Positions 8,555-18,122 are shown, counted from the first letter of the stretch. The stretch is 52,743 bases of DNA from a virus (IMGVR_UViG_3300044628_000447:1-52743), one strand, 5' to 3'. Translations and numbers: made by a program. The notes: a model not told the origin generated them from the sequence alone.

Positions 8555-9021
8555 TGATCTTTGAAACATTTTTGATCGCGCAGCGTGGAAGCCACTTCCC
8601 AAGGGGTTGTGCTGTAGCCATTGGCTATAGGGACACGCAGGCCATTGACCGCCTTAACCGTCAAATACATTACGCTGCCAAAACACGGCAAGCACCAATG
8701 TCGGGGGTGCAATTAAAACCGATGCGCTAGAGTAGCGTCTAGTCCGATCAGAATATTTTAGCTAGACTAGGGGAAATGGGGCTTCATGCCCCGTCCTGTA
8801 ATCCAATCACCCACTGTTTAAAACACTGGCAGAATCATTGGAGACAAAGGCTAACCCTAGTTTAGTTTACTTTGTAGCAGGTAGGTGTCTAATTACCGGA
8901 TGAGCGGTTATGGGACGGAAATATCCATCCGACGCCACATCGAACTGGGGGGACTCTGGGTAGTCCATAAGTTTGGCAACCCCACACCTATAAAGAGGAT
9001 GCATACTCGTTCCTGCTACAA
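8555..9021 (+). ncRNA. Array of three closed structured RNA-like domains after a boxA-like element
   Basis: Closing stems 8571-78/8745-52, 8760-72/8855-67 and 8872-81/9012-21; G-U pairs favour the + strand. Confidence 0.55.
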
Positions 9022-9031
9022 CTTATTTTAT

Positions 9032-9166
9032 ATGAAAAACACAACATCAAAATCAAACACAAGTTCCGTAAAGAAAACCAGCGCAGCAGGTAAGGGGGAT
9101 AGCCCAAGACCAATCACTAAAAAGTATTGGGAAAACTACGATGCTATTGATTGGAAGAAAAAGTAA
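9032..9166 (+). CDS. Small phage protein (GKGDSPR...YWENYDAI family), 44 aa
   Basis: C-terminal half of track ORF 8885..9166, starting at ATG 9032. Confidence 0.65.
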   Translation: MKNTTSKSNTSSVKKTSAAGKGDSPRPITKKYWENYDAIDWKKK

Positions 9167-11974
9167 TCATTCGCCCCAGTCATCAGTAGCATAATCTTCC
9201 TCATCAGCAACTAACGCAGGCTTTTCATCTCTTGACCAAAACCTATTAGTTGGAACAGCTTTATCGGTTCCGATAAAAACAAGTCCGTTCTTTCTAGCGA
9301 TTTCTAAGGCGTATACAAATGAATCCGCGCAATTATCTACAAGGATTCCATTAGCATAATATACATTATCATTTTCGAGGACCAAGTTTAATACCCTTGC
9401 GTCCCTTGTTTCTTTTGATGATCGCACAACTTTTGGAGCAGCAAACGCGCTTCCTGTAAGGATCGCCGTTAAAATCTTTACCACATTCAGCACATTTATA
9501 GGTAACTGTTTTATACTTTTCACGATTTGCATTTTGGAAACAAGCCCCGCTACAATACTTGGATTTTGTTTTGTTTTGTGTGATGACTGGTTTTCCGCAT
9601 TGCTTGCAAGACCCATCAAACTTTTCACGTTTGAGAATGCTGTTGTATGCATGATTTCTATGCCACTCTCTTCCTTCTTCTGATGAGTGCCACTCTTTTG
9701 CCGCCTCTTGAGCAAGCTTAAGAGACTCCAAATTCCTTGCGTAATAATGTTGGTCTTTGAATCTTTCTTGCATATGCATCCGCATGTGTTCGGCTTTTGA
9801 AAGAAGCTCCATATTTTCAATTCTGTTATCAGTCCAATCGCCATTCTTGTGATGGATTTCAAGGCCATCAGGAATAGGCCCGTTGTGCTCAATCCAAATG
9901 ACTCGATGTAGAAGTCTCTCGCCCGTAGCCTTGTTCCAGTCTTGATAATATCGACCCGTTGTTTGAATGCCGTATTTGCGTCCGTTGTGAATAATGAATT
10001 TAGGATGTTCCATACAATTAGTCTTTCTTCAGACTCTATTGTATATGCGCCCGAAAGGTTGTCAAGCCTGACCCATCCATCTTCCCATGTAAAAACACGA
10101 TGTTTTCCTTTTCCTTCAAGAACTCTTCCATCACTAAATTCTACTTTGCATATTTCGTTGTGAATTTCATCATGGATAAAAGAAATTTTTGTTACACCAA
10201 AAGGAGTAATCACTTCATCTCCGGGCGTTAGATTTTCAATCTTTACTTGACCTTTTGGAGTCAAAATCAATGTTCCCTCAACAAAACAGTCTGGCGAGTA
10301 TCCAATTCGCGCCTTAAAATCATTCTTAGTCTCAATAGAAATCTTGCGAGTCTTTAGAGTATACCTTCTAAGGCAAAGCTCTCTACCAAGCTCGCTGGCA
10401 TAATCAATTCCCCATATCGTTCTACTTTTGAATCCGTGATAGGCAGAATAGTGGAACTCGGATACAAGACGATCATAAACATCCTTACATGGACGCTTAT
10501 CCACATCCGCCGCGATACGGTCAGTCGGCCTACCCATAGAAGAGATTAGAACAATACTATGTCCATTTTGGTCATACTTTAGCCACTCTCTGATAATAGC
10601 CTGCCCAACCCTACCGCCATCACCGGACACGTCCATACCAAATCTCTTTGGCTCAACACCAGCTTCTCGGCAGATACGGACAACTTCAGTAGCAAGTTGG
10701 TTCTCAAATTCAGCAGTCTCTCTAGCGGAAAGCTGGATAACGTGCTGTTTCTCCATAAACATTACTTTGTTTTGAGTCCCGCGAACATATCCAAGTTTGG
10801 CTATTGTAAGCACGCACCTATCGCCTCCAGCGGTAAATGCAGTATCAAATCCCGCTACTTTGGTTAATCCCTCTGAAGACCACAATGGTTCATCTGCGGT
10901 GTTGGCGTTACGTATCAAGTCGCTAGTAAGAATGGTCTGAGCAAAGCCAGCCTTTGGCCACCAGCCAATAGCGTTACGAACATAGTCAACAGCATTCTCA
11001 TCACCGTAGCACTGCCGCAACATCTGAGCCTGCTTTGTCCTATCCATTAGGAACGGGAATGGTGGAGGCTCATTAGATGGTGCTTGAAAGTTTGGCGAAC
11101 GCATGCCGTTATAGAACAAGCAAACGCCTGTCTCGGTTTCCCACTTGTCCATGTCCATTGACACGCTTTCAAAGTTAGCCTGCCCTCTTGGAAGACACCA
11201 ACGTGTATGCGGATTGTCACCAGAAGATGGGTTGCCGATACCGATAAACACCTTATCGTCGTTAGAAGAAAGGTTGACTTTACTTGTCAACGCACCCATC
11301 TCCATTTCTGGCAACTCATCAAGGGCCAATCGAATCCTACTGTTCTTACGACCACGGGTTGTGTCAATAGCCTTCTGTCCTTCGTTACCTTGAGGGAATG
11401 CCAGAGCTTTAATAGCGTTACTGTAGTCCTTTTGGTCTCCACCGTCTCCACCTCCCCATACGATCATGTGGCGGTAGTCCATTAGGTTTCCAATCTTAAT
11501 CCGCGAACACTTCCATAGCTTTGAGATGATACCCCAGATACGATCCTCGGACGCACCGATAGTCGTAGTGGCAACCCAAGAAGATGTGCAGGTAGGAGCG
11601 GAACACCAATCAAGAAGAATCCAAAGACCAACAGGAAACGACTTACCCATAGATGCGGCTCCAGCAAGAACCACGTCATCATTATTGCAAAGCTCTTCAA
11701 TAGTTCTAAGAAGCTGAGTATTCATGTAGCCTCTTGATTTTATAGACACATCGTTAGGCCACTGAAATTGAACTGCTTTAATAAAATGCTCGAATGGAGT
11801 CAGTAACTTAAAGTCGCCTAGATCAATATTATTCTTAATGCAATAAGTTCGGCCATACTGACCACGGGTTATTGAGTAGCAGAACAATTCAATACTCAAA
11901 TCGTCCATTGTGTCTGGAAAAGCCATCCCGTATTTATTGATCGTTTTCTTGCTTGACATAATTCCATTTAACAA
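9167..11974 (-). CDS. terL: Terminase large subunit with intein
   Basis: Walker A GAASMGKS, Walker B LALDE, GNP coupling motif, RNase H-like GFDTA..GGD and SPD|CAD; true start may be ATG 11959. Confidence 0.9.
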   Translation of the reverse strand: MLNGIMSSKKTINKYGMAFPDTMDDLSIELFCYSITRGQYGRTYCIKNNIDLGDFKLLTPFEHFIKAVQFQWPNDVSIKSRGYMNTQLLRTIEELCNNDDVVLAGAASMGKSFPVGLWILLDWCSAPTCTSSWVATTTIGASEDRIWGIISKLWKCSRIKIGNLMDYRHMIVWGGGDGGDQKDYSNAIKALAFPQGNEGQKAIDTTRGRKNSRIRLALDELPEMEMGALTSKVNLSSNDDKVFIGIGNPSSGDNPHTRWCLPRGQANFESVSMDMDKWETETGVCLFYNGMRSPNFQAPSNEPPPFPFLMDRTKQAQMLRQCYGDENAVDYVRNAIGWWPKAGFAQTILTSDLIRNANTADEPLWSSEGLTKVAGFDTAFTAGGDRCVLTIAKLGYVRGTQNKVMFMEKQHVIQLSARETAEFENQLATEVVRICREAGVEPKRFGMDVSGDGGRVGQAIIREWLKYDQNGHSIVLISSMGRPTDRIAADVDKRPCKDVYDRLVSEFHYSAYHGFKSRTIWGIDYASELGRELCLRRYTLKTRKISIETKNDFKARIGYSPDCFVEGTLILTPKGQVKIENLTPGDEVITPFGVTKISFIHDEIHNEICKVEFSDGRVLEGKGKHRVFTWEDGWVRLDNLSGAYTIESEERLIVWNILNSLFTTDANTAFKQRVDIIKTGTRLRARDFYIESFGLSTTGLFLMALKSITRMAIGLITELKIWSFFQKPNTCGCICKKDSKTNIITQGIWSLLSLLKRRQKSGTHQKKEESGIEIMHTTAFSNVKSLMGLASNAENQSSHKTKQNPSIVAGLVSKMQIVKSIKQLPINVLNVVKILTAILTGSAFAAPKVVRSSKETRDARVLNLVLENDNVYYANGILVDNCADSFVYALEIARKNGLVFIGTDKAVPTNRFWSRDEKPALVADEEDYATDDWGE
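9332..10288 (-). mobile_element. Intein (319 aa) in the TerL nuclease motif
   Basis: Block A CFVEGTLILT, block B KGKHRVF, C-terminal YYANGILVDN followed by extein Cys+1. Confidence 0.9.
9369..10013 (-). CDS. HNH homing endonuclease nested out of frame inside the intein
   Basis: LHRVIW..HNGPIP.GLEIHHKNG...DNRIENMELLS..EH (HNH_3-like) plus CxxC...CSxxC Zn fingers; -1 frame relative to TerL. Confidence 0.88.
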   Translation of the reverse strand: MEHPKFIIHNGRKYGIQTTGRYYQDWNKATGERLLHRVIWIEHNGPIPDGLEIHHKNGDWTDNRIENMELLSKAEHMRMHMQERFKDQHYYARNLESLKLAQEAAKEWHSSEEGREWHRNHAYNSILKREKFDGSCKQCGKPVITQNKTKSKYCSGACFQNANREKYKTVTYKCAECGKDFNGDPYRKRVCCSKSCAIIKRNKGRKGIKLGPRK

Positions 11975-11994
11975 TAATTCTATATTTACACAAG

Positions 11995-12369
11995 ATGAAA
12001 TTGAAAGACCCTAAATTGTCTCCTGTCGGCGGATGGTTCTATCGTTACGAACTGACTAAAGGGACACTGAAATTTCCAGCTACCGTTTACGGAAGCACAT
12101 TTAGCAATCTCATTGCGAACGTAAAAAAAGATATGGATGTAAATCAGTATCCAATTCCAGCAACCCTTGCTGATGATATTGAGCATCAGATTTGTCTTAG
12201 GCAACCAGAAGGAAGATGCTGGATGCAAACAGGCGACACTGTTGCAAATGTTATACACGGCATCGCTCGCGTCATAGACAAAGCAACAGGAACAAAACTA
12301 GAGAAAAAGGCAAAGGGTTGTGCTGCTTGTGGAAAGCGCAGGCAGAAACTTAACACAATGTTTTCTTGA
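11995..12369 (+). CDS. Hypothetical protein with C-terminal CxxC
   Basis: GCAACGKRRQKLN; first gene of the structural operon. Confidence 0.7.
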   Translation: MKLKDPKLSPVGGWFYRYELTKGTLKFPATVYGSTFSNLIANVKKDMDVNQYPIPATLADDIEHQICLRQPEGRCWMQTGDTVANVIHGIARVIDKATGTKLEKKAKGCAACGKRRQKLNTMFS

Positions 12370-12400
12370 CTAACTCATTATCGTTTACGATAACTATACA

Positions 12401-14857
12401 ATGATTTCAACAGGCAACGATAACTTTTCACTTTTAACTCTTGGCCCCGATGGTGAGCCTCCCAAGACACGAATCAGTTCCGCAAATCATGCTTGGAACA
12501 TCGCTGAAAATCTTGCGAGAAACAATACTGGAAGAGAAAATAAAAGAATCCGCATCTATAAGAGTTACAAGCGGTTCCCCCCTACTGGCTACAGTAAGAT
12601 AGCTGAAAAGAAATTGCCTTGGCAAAGTGACGTAAACTGGGGAAGTCTTGAAGCAATCGTAAATAATCAGAAATCAAGTTATTATGACATCATCACCGAA
12701 AGGCAAGCGTGCGCCACGATTAAAACAAAATTCGGCAACGAAAGAGAAAAGCACGTTCACTCGGAAAACATCACGCAAGCGTTCGACCAAGCAATCCGTG
12801 AATGGCCGGGATACCTTTACAACAAGGAACAAGACATCGAATCCATGCTACTTTACGGCAAAGGAATCGGAATGTGGGACTCGCCAGTTGGATGGATGCC
12901 CAAGCACGTCTTCCTTTCTGACCTCCTTTTTCCAGATGACATCAAAGTTGATTTCAGCAATCTTGAAGAGTTCGTTGTTCGTCGCCGCCCAACCCCCTAC
13001 GAACTTTACAAAGTCATCCAAAACCGTGAAGCGGCAGAAGCACTAGGCTGGAATGTAGACGCAGTTATCGATGCTATCCGATTCCACCGCGCATTCAGCG
13101 AGCATAACAAATCCCGCGAAGATTTCTTCCGCACAATCAGTGAGTCTGGCTTCAACTGGTCTTTGAGCGTCAACCAGAAGATTGACCTATACGAAATCTA
13201 TTGGCGTGAATTTGACGGTAAGATCAGTAAGGCTGTTGTTTTGCAGGACTACAATCCAATCATCACTCACATCAACGGTTCCTTAAAAGGTAACAACAAG
13301 ATCAGCGAAGAGATAATCCGCGATCAGCACGGTTTCCTGCAACTACAAGTTGGAGTCTTTAGCGACTGGAGCGAGATCATGTATATGCTCACTGACTCGG
13401 TTGGTTCTGGTTTATTCCATGACATTAAGAGTCAAGCAGAAGCAGCCTATGTTGCATGCCGCCAATACGACTTCACGATGAACGGTTTGGTTGATGCAGT
13501 GCGCCTTAACTCAATGCTGATGGTTGAAGGTCAGTCGCCCGACGCGAGCAAGATGCTAAAGCAAATGGAATGGCTTCCAATCAGCGTAATGCCAGACGGT
13601 GCTAAATTCACACAGAACAGGTTCCAGCTTCCAGTAGGAGAGAGCATGAGCTTCATGCAGTTCTACATGGGCGATCTATACCGCAACCTCGGACAATACC
13701 GTATCGGTGCGCCAACCGCTGGAGGCAAGCAGCGCACAAAAGGCGAAGCAGAGCTTGATGCCGCTGAATCAGCAAAACTTTCTGGAACACAAATCCGTCG
13801 CTTCAATGAATGCGAAACGTTATACTTTAAAGAGCTATACCGACGATTTGTTTCTGCGAATAGAAACGACGACGGATATGAATATGTTAAAAAATTCTAC
13901 GACATCCTTGAACAGCTTGGCACTCCAAAGGAAGCGGCTTCTTGGAAGAACATTACCAGTGTGCGAAGCAACCTCATCAACGGAGCAGGTTCCCCCTCCT
14001 TCAAGCTCATTACTGCGGAGAAACTTGTTCAACTTACTTCAATCACACCAGCCAACGAAGGACAAGAAAATGCCGTTAAGGACGCCATCGCAGCTTTGGC
14101 CGGGAGGGACAACGTAGTTCGTTACCGTGATACTAAGCCAGAGCGCATCGATGATAACGCTCGCATTATCGGTTTCGAGAACGCTGGAATGACAGACGTT
14201 TTCGTGAACCCACAAAACTTCCCTGTGCTGCCAACAGACCCGCATATCGAACACGCTCAAGGTCACTTTGCAGACATGATGATGCAACTGCAAACAAACT
14301 TGCAGATGGTTCAAGCAGGACAGCCAGACATCAACGAACTTGCAAAGGCAGTCCGTTCTGTTCAGTTCAAAGGTGGACACATCATGGCTCACGTGGAGTT
14401 CATTGCAAAAGACGCTACCAAACAAGATTTCCTCAAGCAATTCATGCAGGGTATGGGAGAAGCTGGAAGCATGGCAGACCAACTTGGACAGGTTTACCAA
14501 GATATGCTGGCAGCAGAGCAAGAAAAAGGAAACGGCCAAGGAATGTCTGAAGAAGATATTAAACTCCAATACCTCGCCGCTAAATCTGGTATCGAGATCG
14601 ATACTAAGCAGAAACTCGCAGACATCTCAATCGGTAAGGCTTCCATCAGCCACGCGCAACGCACAGAGCAGCGCAAGCAGCAAGGCATCACTCAACTTGC
14701 CCTACAGAAAGCCAAGGCCCGTGCCGAGGTTGAGAAGGCAATGGGTAAGGTTCCTAAAGCACAGGTTCTTGAAGAAGAGGAAGAGGAAGAGATTGAGGAA
14801 ATGGAATCTCCAGAGATGGAGCAAACTCAGCCAGTAACACAACAACCTAATCAATGA
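12401..14857 (+). CDS. Probable portal protein
   Basis: 818 aa, helical, RTKGE motif, Q/E-rich tail, located before scaffold and capsid (synteny-based). Confidence 0.7.
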   Translation: MISTGNDNFSLLTLGPDGEPPKTRISSANHAWNIAENLARNNTGRENKRIRIYKSYKRFPPTGYSKIAEKKLPWQSDVNWGSLEAIVNNQKSSYYDIITERQACATIKTKFGNEREKHVHSENITQAFDQAIREWPGYLYNKEQDIESMLLYGKGIGMWDSPVGWMPKHVFLSDLLFPDDIKVDFSNLEEFVVRRRPTPYELYKVIQNREAAEALGWNVDAVIDAIRFHRAFSEHNKSREDFFRTISESGFNWSLSVNQKIDLYEIYWREFDGKISKAVVLQDYNPIITHINGSLKGNNKISEEIIRDQHGFLQLQVGVFSDWSEIMYMLTDSVGSGLFHDIKSQAEAAYVACRQYDFTMNGLVDAVRLNSMLMVEGQSPDASKMLKQMEWLPISVMPDGAKFTQNRFQLPVGESMSFMQFYMGDLYRNLGQYRIGAPTAGGKQRTKGEAELDAAESAKLSGTQIRRFNECETLYFKELYRRFVSANRNDDGYEYVKKFYDILEQLGTPKEAASWKNITSVRSNLINGAGSPSFKLITAEKLVQLTSITPANEGQENAVKDAIAALAGRDNVVRYRDTKPERIDDNARIIGFENAGMTDVFVNPQNFPVLPTDPHIEHAQGHFADMMMQLQTNLQMVQAGQPDINELAKAVRSVQFKGGHIMAHVEFIAKDATKQDFLKQFMQGMGEAGSMADQLGQVYQDMLAAEQEKGNGQGMSEEDIKLQYLAAKSGIEIDTKQKLADISIGKASISHAQRTEQRKQQGITQLALQKAKARAEVEKAMGKVPKAQVLEEEEEEEIEEMESPEMEQTQPVTQQPNQ

Positions 14858-15090
14858 ACACGACAGATAGAATCCAAGGTCTATGCGCGTCAATCGTAAA
14901 TCACGATGATTGGTATGCGCTTAAAACACAAATCCTTATGACTTGCCCTGCTAACGGGATTGAGTCAGTCAGACACGCTATTGCAACTATCGAGGCAAGC
15001 GCGGAATCTGGAACTGAGCAATTCAAGAAAGCTAAGAAGATCAAACAGCAAATCGAGCAAGCATCTGATCCAGACTTGGATGAAGCATAA
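14854..15090 (+). CDS. Hypothetical protein
   Basis: 78 aa between portal and scaffold. Confidence 0.7.
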   Translation: MNTTDRIQGLCASIVNHDDWYALKTQILMTCPANGIESVRHAIATIEASAESGTEQFKKAKKIKQQIEQASDPDLDEA

Positions 15091-15093
15091 TTT

Positions 15094-16383
15094 ATGAGCG
15101 AACAAACACAAAACAACGAAACAGCGGAGATCATCAAAGACCTCCAATCTAAACCACAAGTTCCAATCAAAGGAAACACTGCTGACTTCCTAAAGAAGTT
15201 TTCACGTAATCCAGATGGATCGCAAATTCAACAAGATACACAAATTGATAGCGATTCTTCTGAAGATGTTGTTGAAGATGTTATCGATTCCGATAACACG
15301 GAAAAGAAGCCGCTGATTCAGATGGAAAAGAAAAAGCCGGGGTTTGTTCAAAAACAAATTGAAGAGAACAAGCGTCTCAAAGAAGAGCTAGAGAAATACA
15401 AGAACCAAGAGATTCCAAAATACACCAGCAAGATTACAGAGCTTGAAGAGCTAGTAAAGAACAGTCAAACAACAGCAGAAGCAAACCACTACCAAGAACA
15501 ACTTAATAAAATCAACGAACAGAAATCAGAACTTGAAGCCAATCTTACAAAAGAGATTCAAGAGCTTCGTAGTAAGGTAGAGTTCCACGATATTACACAA
15601 AGCCCAGATTTCCAAGAGAAGTATGTTGCACCTATTCAGAACGCCTATTTCGAGGCTAAGGAAATCATTGGCGATGATGCTCAACTTCTTGCCATCTTCA
15701 ACCGTGGAACAGCGGCTAACGCTGCCATCTACGCAGCGCAAACTGAAGAAGCGAAAAGGGAGGCACTACGCGAACGAAAAGAAGCATTCCAAGAACTGAC
15801 CAATTCTCTCGATACCTACAACCAAGTTCGCTTTGTTGACGCTATCAAAGATTTCGAGAAGGCAACGCAGAGTCATGCGATGGCTGTATCCGATTGGCAA
15901 ACAACCAAGATGGAGTTGACCCGAAAAGCTAAGGAGAAAGAAGTAGCAACACGCAGTCAGTTTATCAATACATGGCGCGATAGCTACAAGCGTCAGGCTG
16001 AAGAAGTGGACAGCGAGATTGCAATTCCAGAGCAGATCGAATCCTTTATGAAGGATAAAGGTATCACATTCGATACATCCCGCGATGAAGCAATAGCACT
16101 GGCAGCAACTCAACAGTCAAATGATCCTGCATCGGTTGATGAAATGAACAGGCTTATCCACCAAGGGCGAGCATACAAAAAGCTTCAAGCTCTTGTTAAG
16201 GCACAGTCTGAAATGTTAAAAGAAAAGGATGATTTTATTAACAAGCTCAAGGGAGCTTCAAAGATTGAAGGATCACCGAAATCGACAACAGATTCTCAGC
16301 AAAGGCGGATTAGTCCTTCGGAGGGACTGATGGCTAAACTATCTAAGTTTACGCCACAAGGACGGATGCAAACTGCTAGGTAA
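15094..16383 (+). CDS. Probable capsid scaffolding protein
   Basis: Highly charged coiled-coil protein immediately upstream of the major capsid gene. Confidence 0.65.
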   Translation: MSEQTQNNETAEIIKDLQSKPQVPIKGNTADFLKKFSRNPDGSQIQQDTQIDSDSSEDVVEDVIDSDNTEKKPLIQMEKKKPGFVQKQIEENKRLKEELEKYKNQEIPKYTSKITELEELVKNSQTTAEANHYQEQLNKINEQKSELEANLTKEIQELRSKVEFHDITQSPDFQEKYVAPIQNAYFEAKEIIGDDAQLLAIFNRGTAANAAIYAAQTEEAKREALRERKEAFQELTNSLDTYNQVRFVDAIKDFEKATQSHAMAVSDWQTTKMELTRKAKEKEVATRSQFINTWRDSYKRQAEEVDSEIAIPEQIESFMKDKGITFDTSRDEAIALAATQQSNDPASVDEMNRLIHQGRAYKKLQALVKAQSEMLKEKDDFINKLKGASKIEGSPKSTTDSQQRRISPSEGLMAKLSKFTPQGRMQTAR

Positions 16384-16406
16384 GCCCTCGTTTCCGTATT
16401 AGCTGA

Positions 16407-16446
16407 AAGGGGAGCAGAGTAAAATCTGTTCCCCTTTTTTGTTTTT
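16407..16446 (+). terminator. Intrinsic terminator
   Basis: AAGGGGAGCAGA-GTAAAA-TCTGTTCCCCTT stem-loop followed by a T tract. Confidence 0.8.
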
Positions 16447-16450
16447 ATGC

Positions 16451-16478
16451 TTGACACGGTAATAGTAATATGTAGATT
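16451..16478 (+). promoter_or_regulatory. Sigma70-like promoter TTGACA-N14-TG-TAGATT for the capsid gene
   Basis: Consensus -35 and extended -10 directly after a terminator. Confidence 0.6.
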
Positions 16479-16706
16479 GCCGAATACAGAGTATGCCGAA
16501 AGCGTGAGCAATTAGGGGGATCAGTCCGCTCTGGCTGGCGAGTTTCCAATCTCGCATAAAAACTGGTATTCCGGACTGGTCTATTTTAATAGGCACCGAG
16601 GGTTGACTCCGGCTCGAAAGAAACAGGCACTCGCTTGATGCTTTCGAGTTTTCGTAGCAAGTGCCACAAGCAACAACAAAAACTAACTCAAACAAAATAC
16701 ACTAAT

Positions 16707-18122
16707 ATGTCAGAAATGATTCAATTCAATTCGTGTGAAGAGTTGGACAGCTTTTTCCGCGAGGGTCGTGAGTATTTCAACGATCTTTACGTCAAGAAGC
16801 TTGTCACCAACTCCACATACTTCACCCGTTTCGAGGAGCAGCCTTGGCCCCTCAACCACACCACCGAGCAGAAAGGTTTCCGTTTCGGTCGTGGTTTCTA
16901 CGATCCTTGCACCCCTTTCCGCAAGATTGTTGACGGATACTGCGAAACCGATTCTTGCTCTACCTTGAGCGAGGTTATCCAACGCCCCGGCACGGAGAGC
17001 TACACCTTTGAGCTTCTGCGCAAAGAGATGCACACCGACTGGATTTGCGTTGAGAGCCTTCTCTATCGCCTCTTCCCCGCTGAAGAAATTCTTCAGTTTG
17101 AAGAGAGCAATGCCCGTATCACTAAGAACGTGCATGAAGAGTTCCTTCGCGGCAACTACATTGGTGGTTCCGGCCACAAGTGGGTTGGTCTGACCACTGA
17201 TGACGGCACTTACTGCGGTCTTCTTGATGACGCTGCTTGGTTCGTTCCAACTAGCGACAACCAAGAAAACTCCAACAGCGGTTACAACCTCTGTGAGCTT
17301 CGCGTTAAAGTTGCTGTTGCTGATCTTCCTAAGATCGCTTACCTCTCGCTCGACATGCTCGATGACGCATTGATCGACCTCCAAAACGAGGACGACGCTT
17401 TCCGTCTCGACATCGCAGAAGCCACTGGTATGCAGCTTCTTGACATCGTTATCCCTGACCCTCGTGTTGGCCGTGCGCTTTACTTCCAAGCCAAGCGCAA
17501 CAACGGTTACTGGGATGCAAACACCGACTTCGACGCACGCCTCTCCAGCCTCAAGCTGGGTGTCAATCGCGTTATCGGTGACTACGCATTCGGATACGAC
17601 ATCAACGCCGCTCGCTTCAACGCAGCCCCGTCTGCCGATCAGCCAGCAGGACCATTCAGCCCGACCGATCCAACCACATGGGCGAAGCTCGTTCGCGTGC
17701 CTCGCTACACCAAGATCGTTCAGGAGAACGGTTGCAGCTACATCCCGAACAAGGATTACGCAAATGCCGACTTCGCAATCTCGGTTGCTATGGTCAACAA
17801 GGCAATGATCAAATGGACAATGCCTTCTCAAACTGGCTACAGCCAAGCTCAGATGATGGGCCAAAACTACGCTGGTGATTGGGAGTGGAAGAATCCAGAT
17901 TGGGAGTGCAACCGCTGGCGCAAGATGGGCTTCTATCAAGCTCAGTTCCGCCTCGCAGCACAGATCAAAGACCCAACCTTGATGCACTCATTCCTGCATC
18001 GCTTGCCTAAGACCAAGAACCTCTACGGTTCCTGCTGCCCTCTGAATGACTACACACCTCCGACTGAACCAGTCGATTGCTACAACTGCAATGGTGTTGG
18101 CGACATTCAAGAACCAGCCTAA
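16707..18122 (+). CDS. Probable major capsid protein (start MSEMIQF)
   Basis: 471 aa, strong C-ending codon bias, own promoter and terminator, follows the scaffold gene. Confidence 0.75.
   Translation: MSEMIQFNSCEELDSFFREGREYFNDLYVKKLVTNSTYFTRFEEQPWPLNHTTEQKGFRFGRGFYDPCTPFRKIVDGYCETDSCSTLSEVIQRPGTESYTFELLRKEMHTDWICVESLLYRLFPAEEILQFEESNARITKNVHEEFLRGNYIGGSGHKWVGLTTDDGTYCGLLDDAAWFVPTSDNQENSNSGYNLCELRVKVAVADLPKIAYLSLDMLDDALIDLQNEDDAFRLDIAEATGMQLLDIVIPDPRVGRALYFQAKRNNGYWDANTDFDARLSSLKLGVNRVIGDYAFGYDINAARFNAAPSADQPAGPFSPTDPTTWAKLVRVPRYTKIVQENGCSYIPNKDYANADFAISVAMVNKAMIKWTMPSQTGYSQAQMMGQNYAGDWEWKNPDWECNRWRKMGFYQAQFRLAAQIKDPTLMHSFLHRLPKTKNLYGSCCPLNDYTPPTEPVDCYNCNGVGDIQEPA

Noticed and set aside
8890-8945. 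Hammerhead ribozyme (CGGATGAG...GAAA)
   Set aside because: The core deviates from CUGANGA and I could not build the three required stems by eye.
11232-11247. Additional palindrome copies at 11232 (TTGCCG-ATAC-CGATAA) and 36319 (GTATCG-GAAA-CAATAA)
   Set aside because: Each has two mismatches that break the symmetry and could be chance, so they were not counted.
16710-17987. 425-aa antisense ORF opposite the capsid gene
   Set aside because: A shadow ORF expected from the strong codon bias of a highly expressed gene; it has no recognisable motifs.
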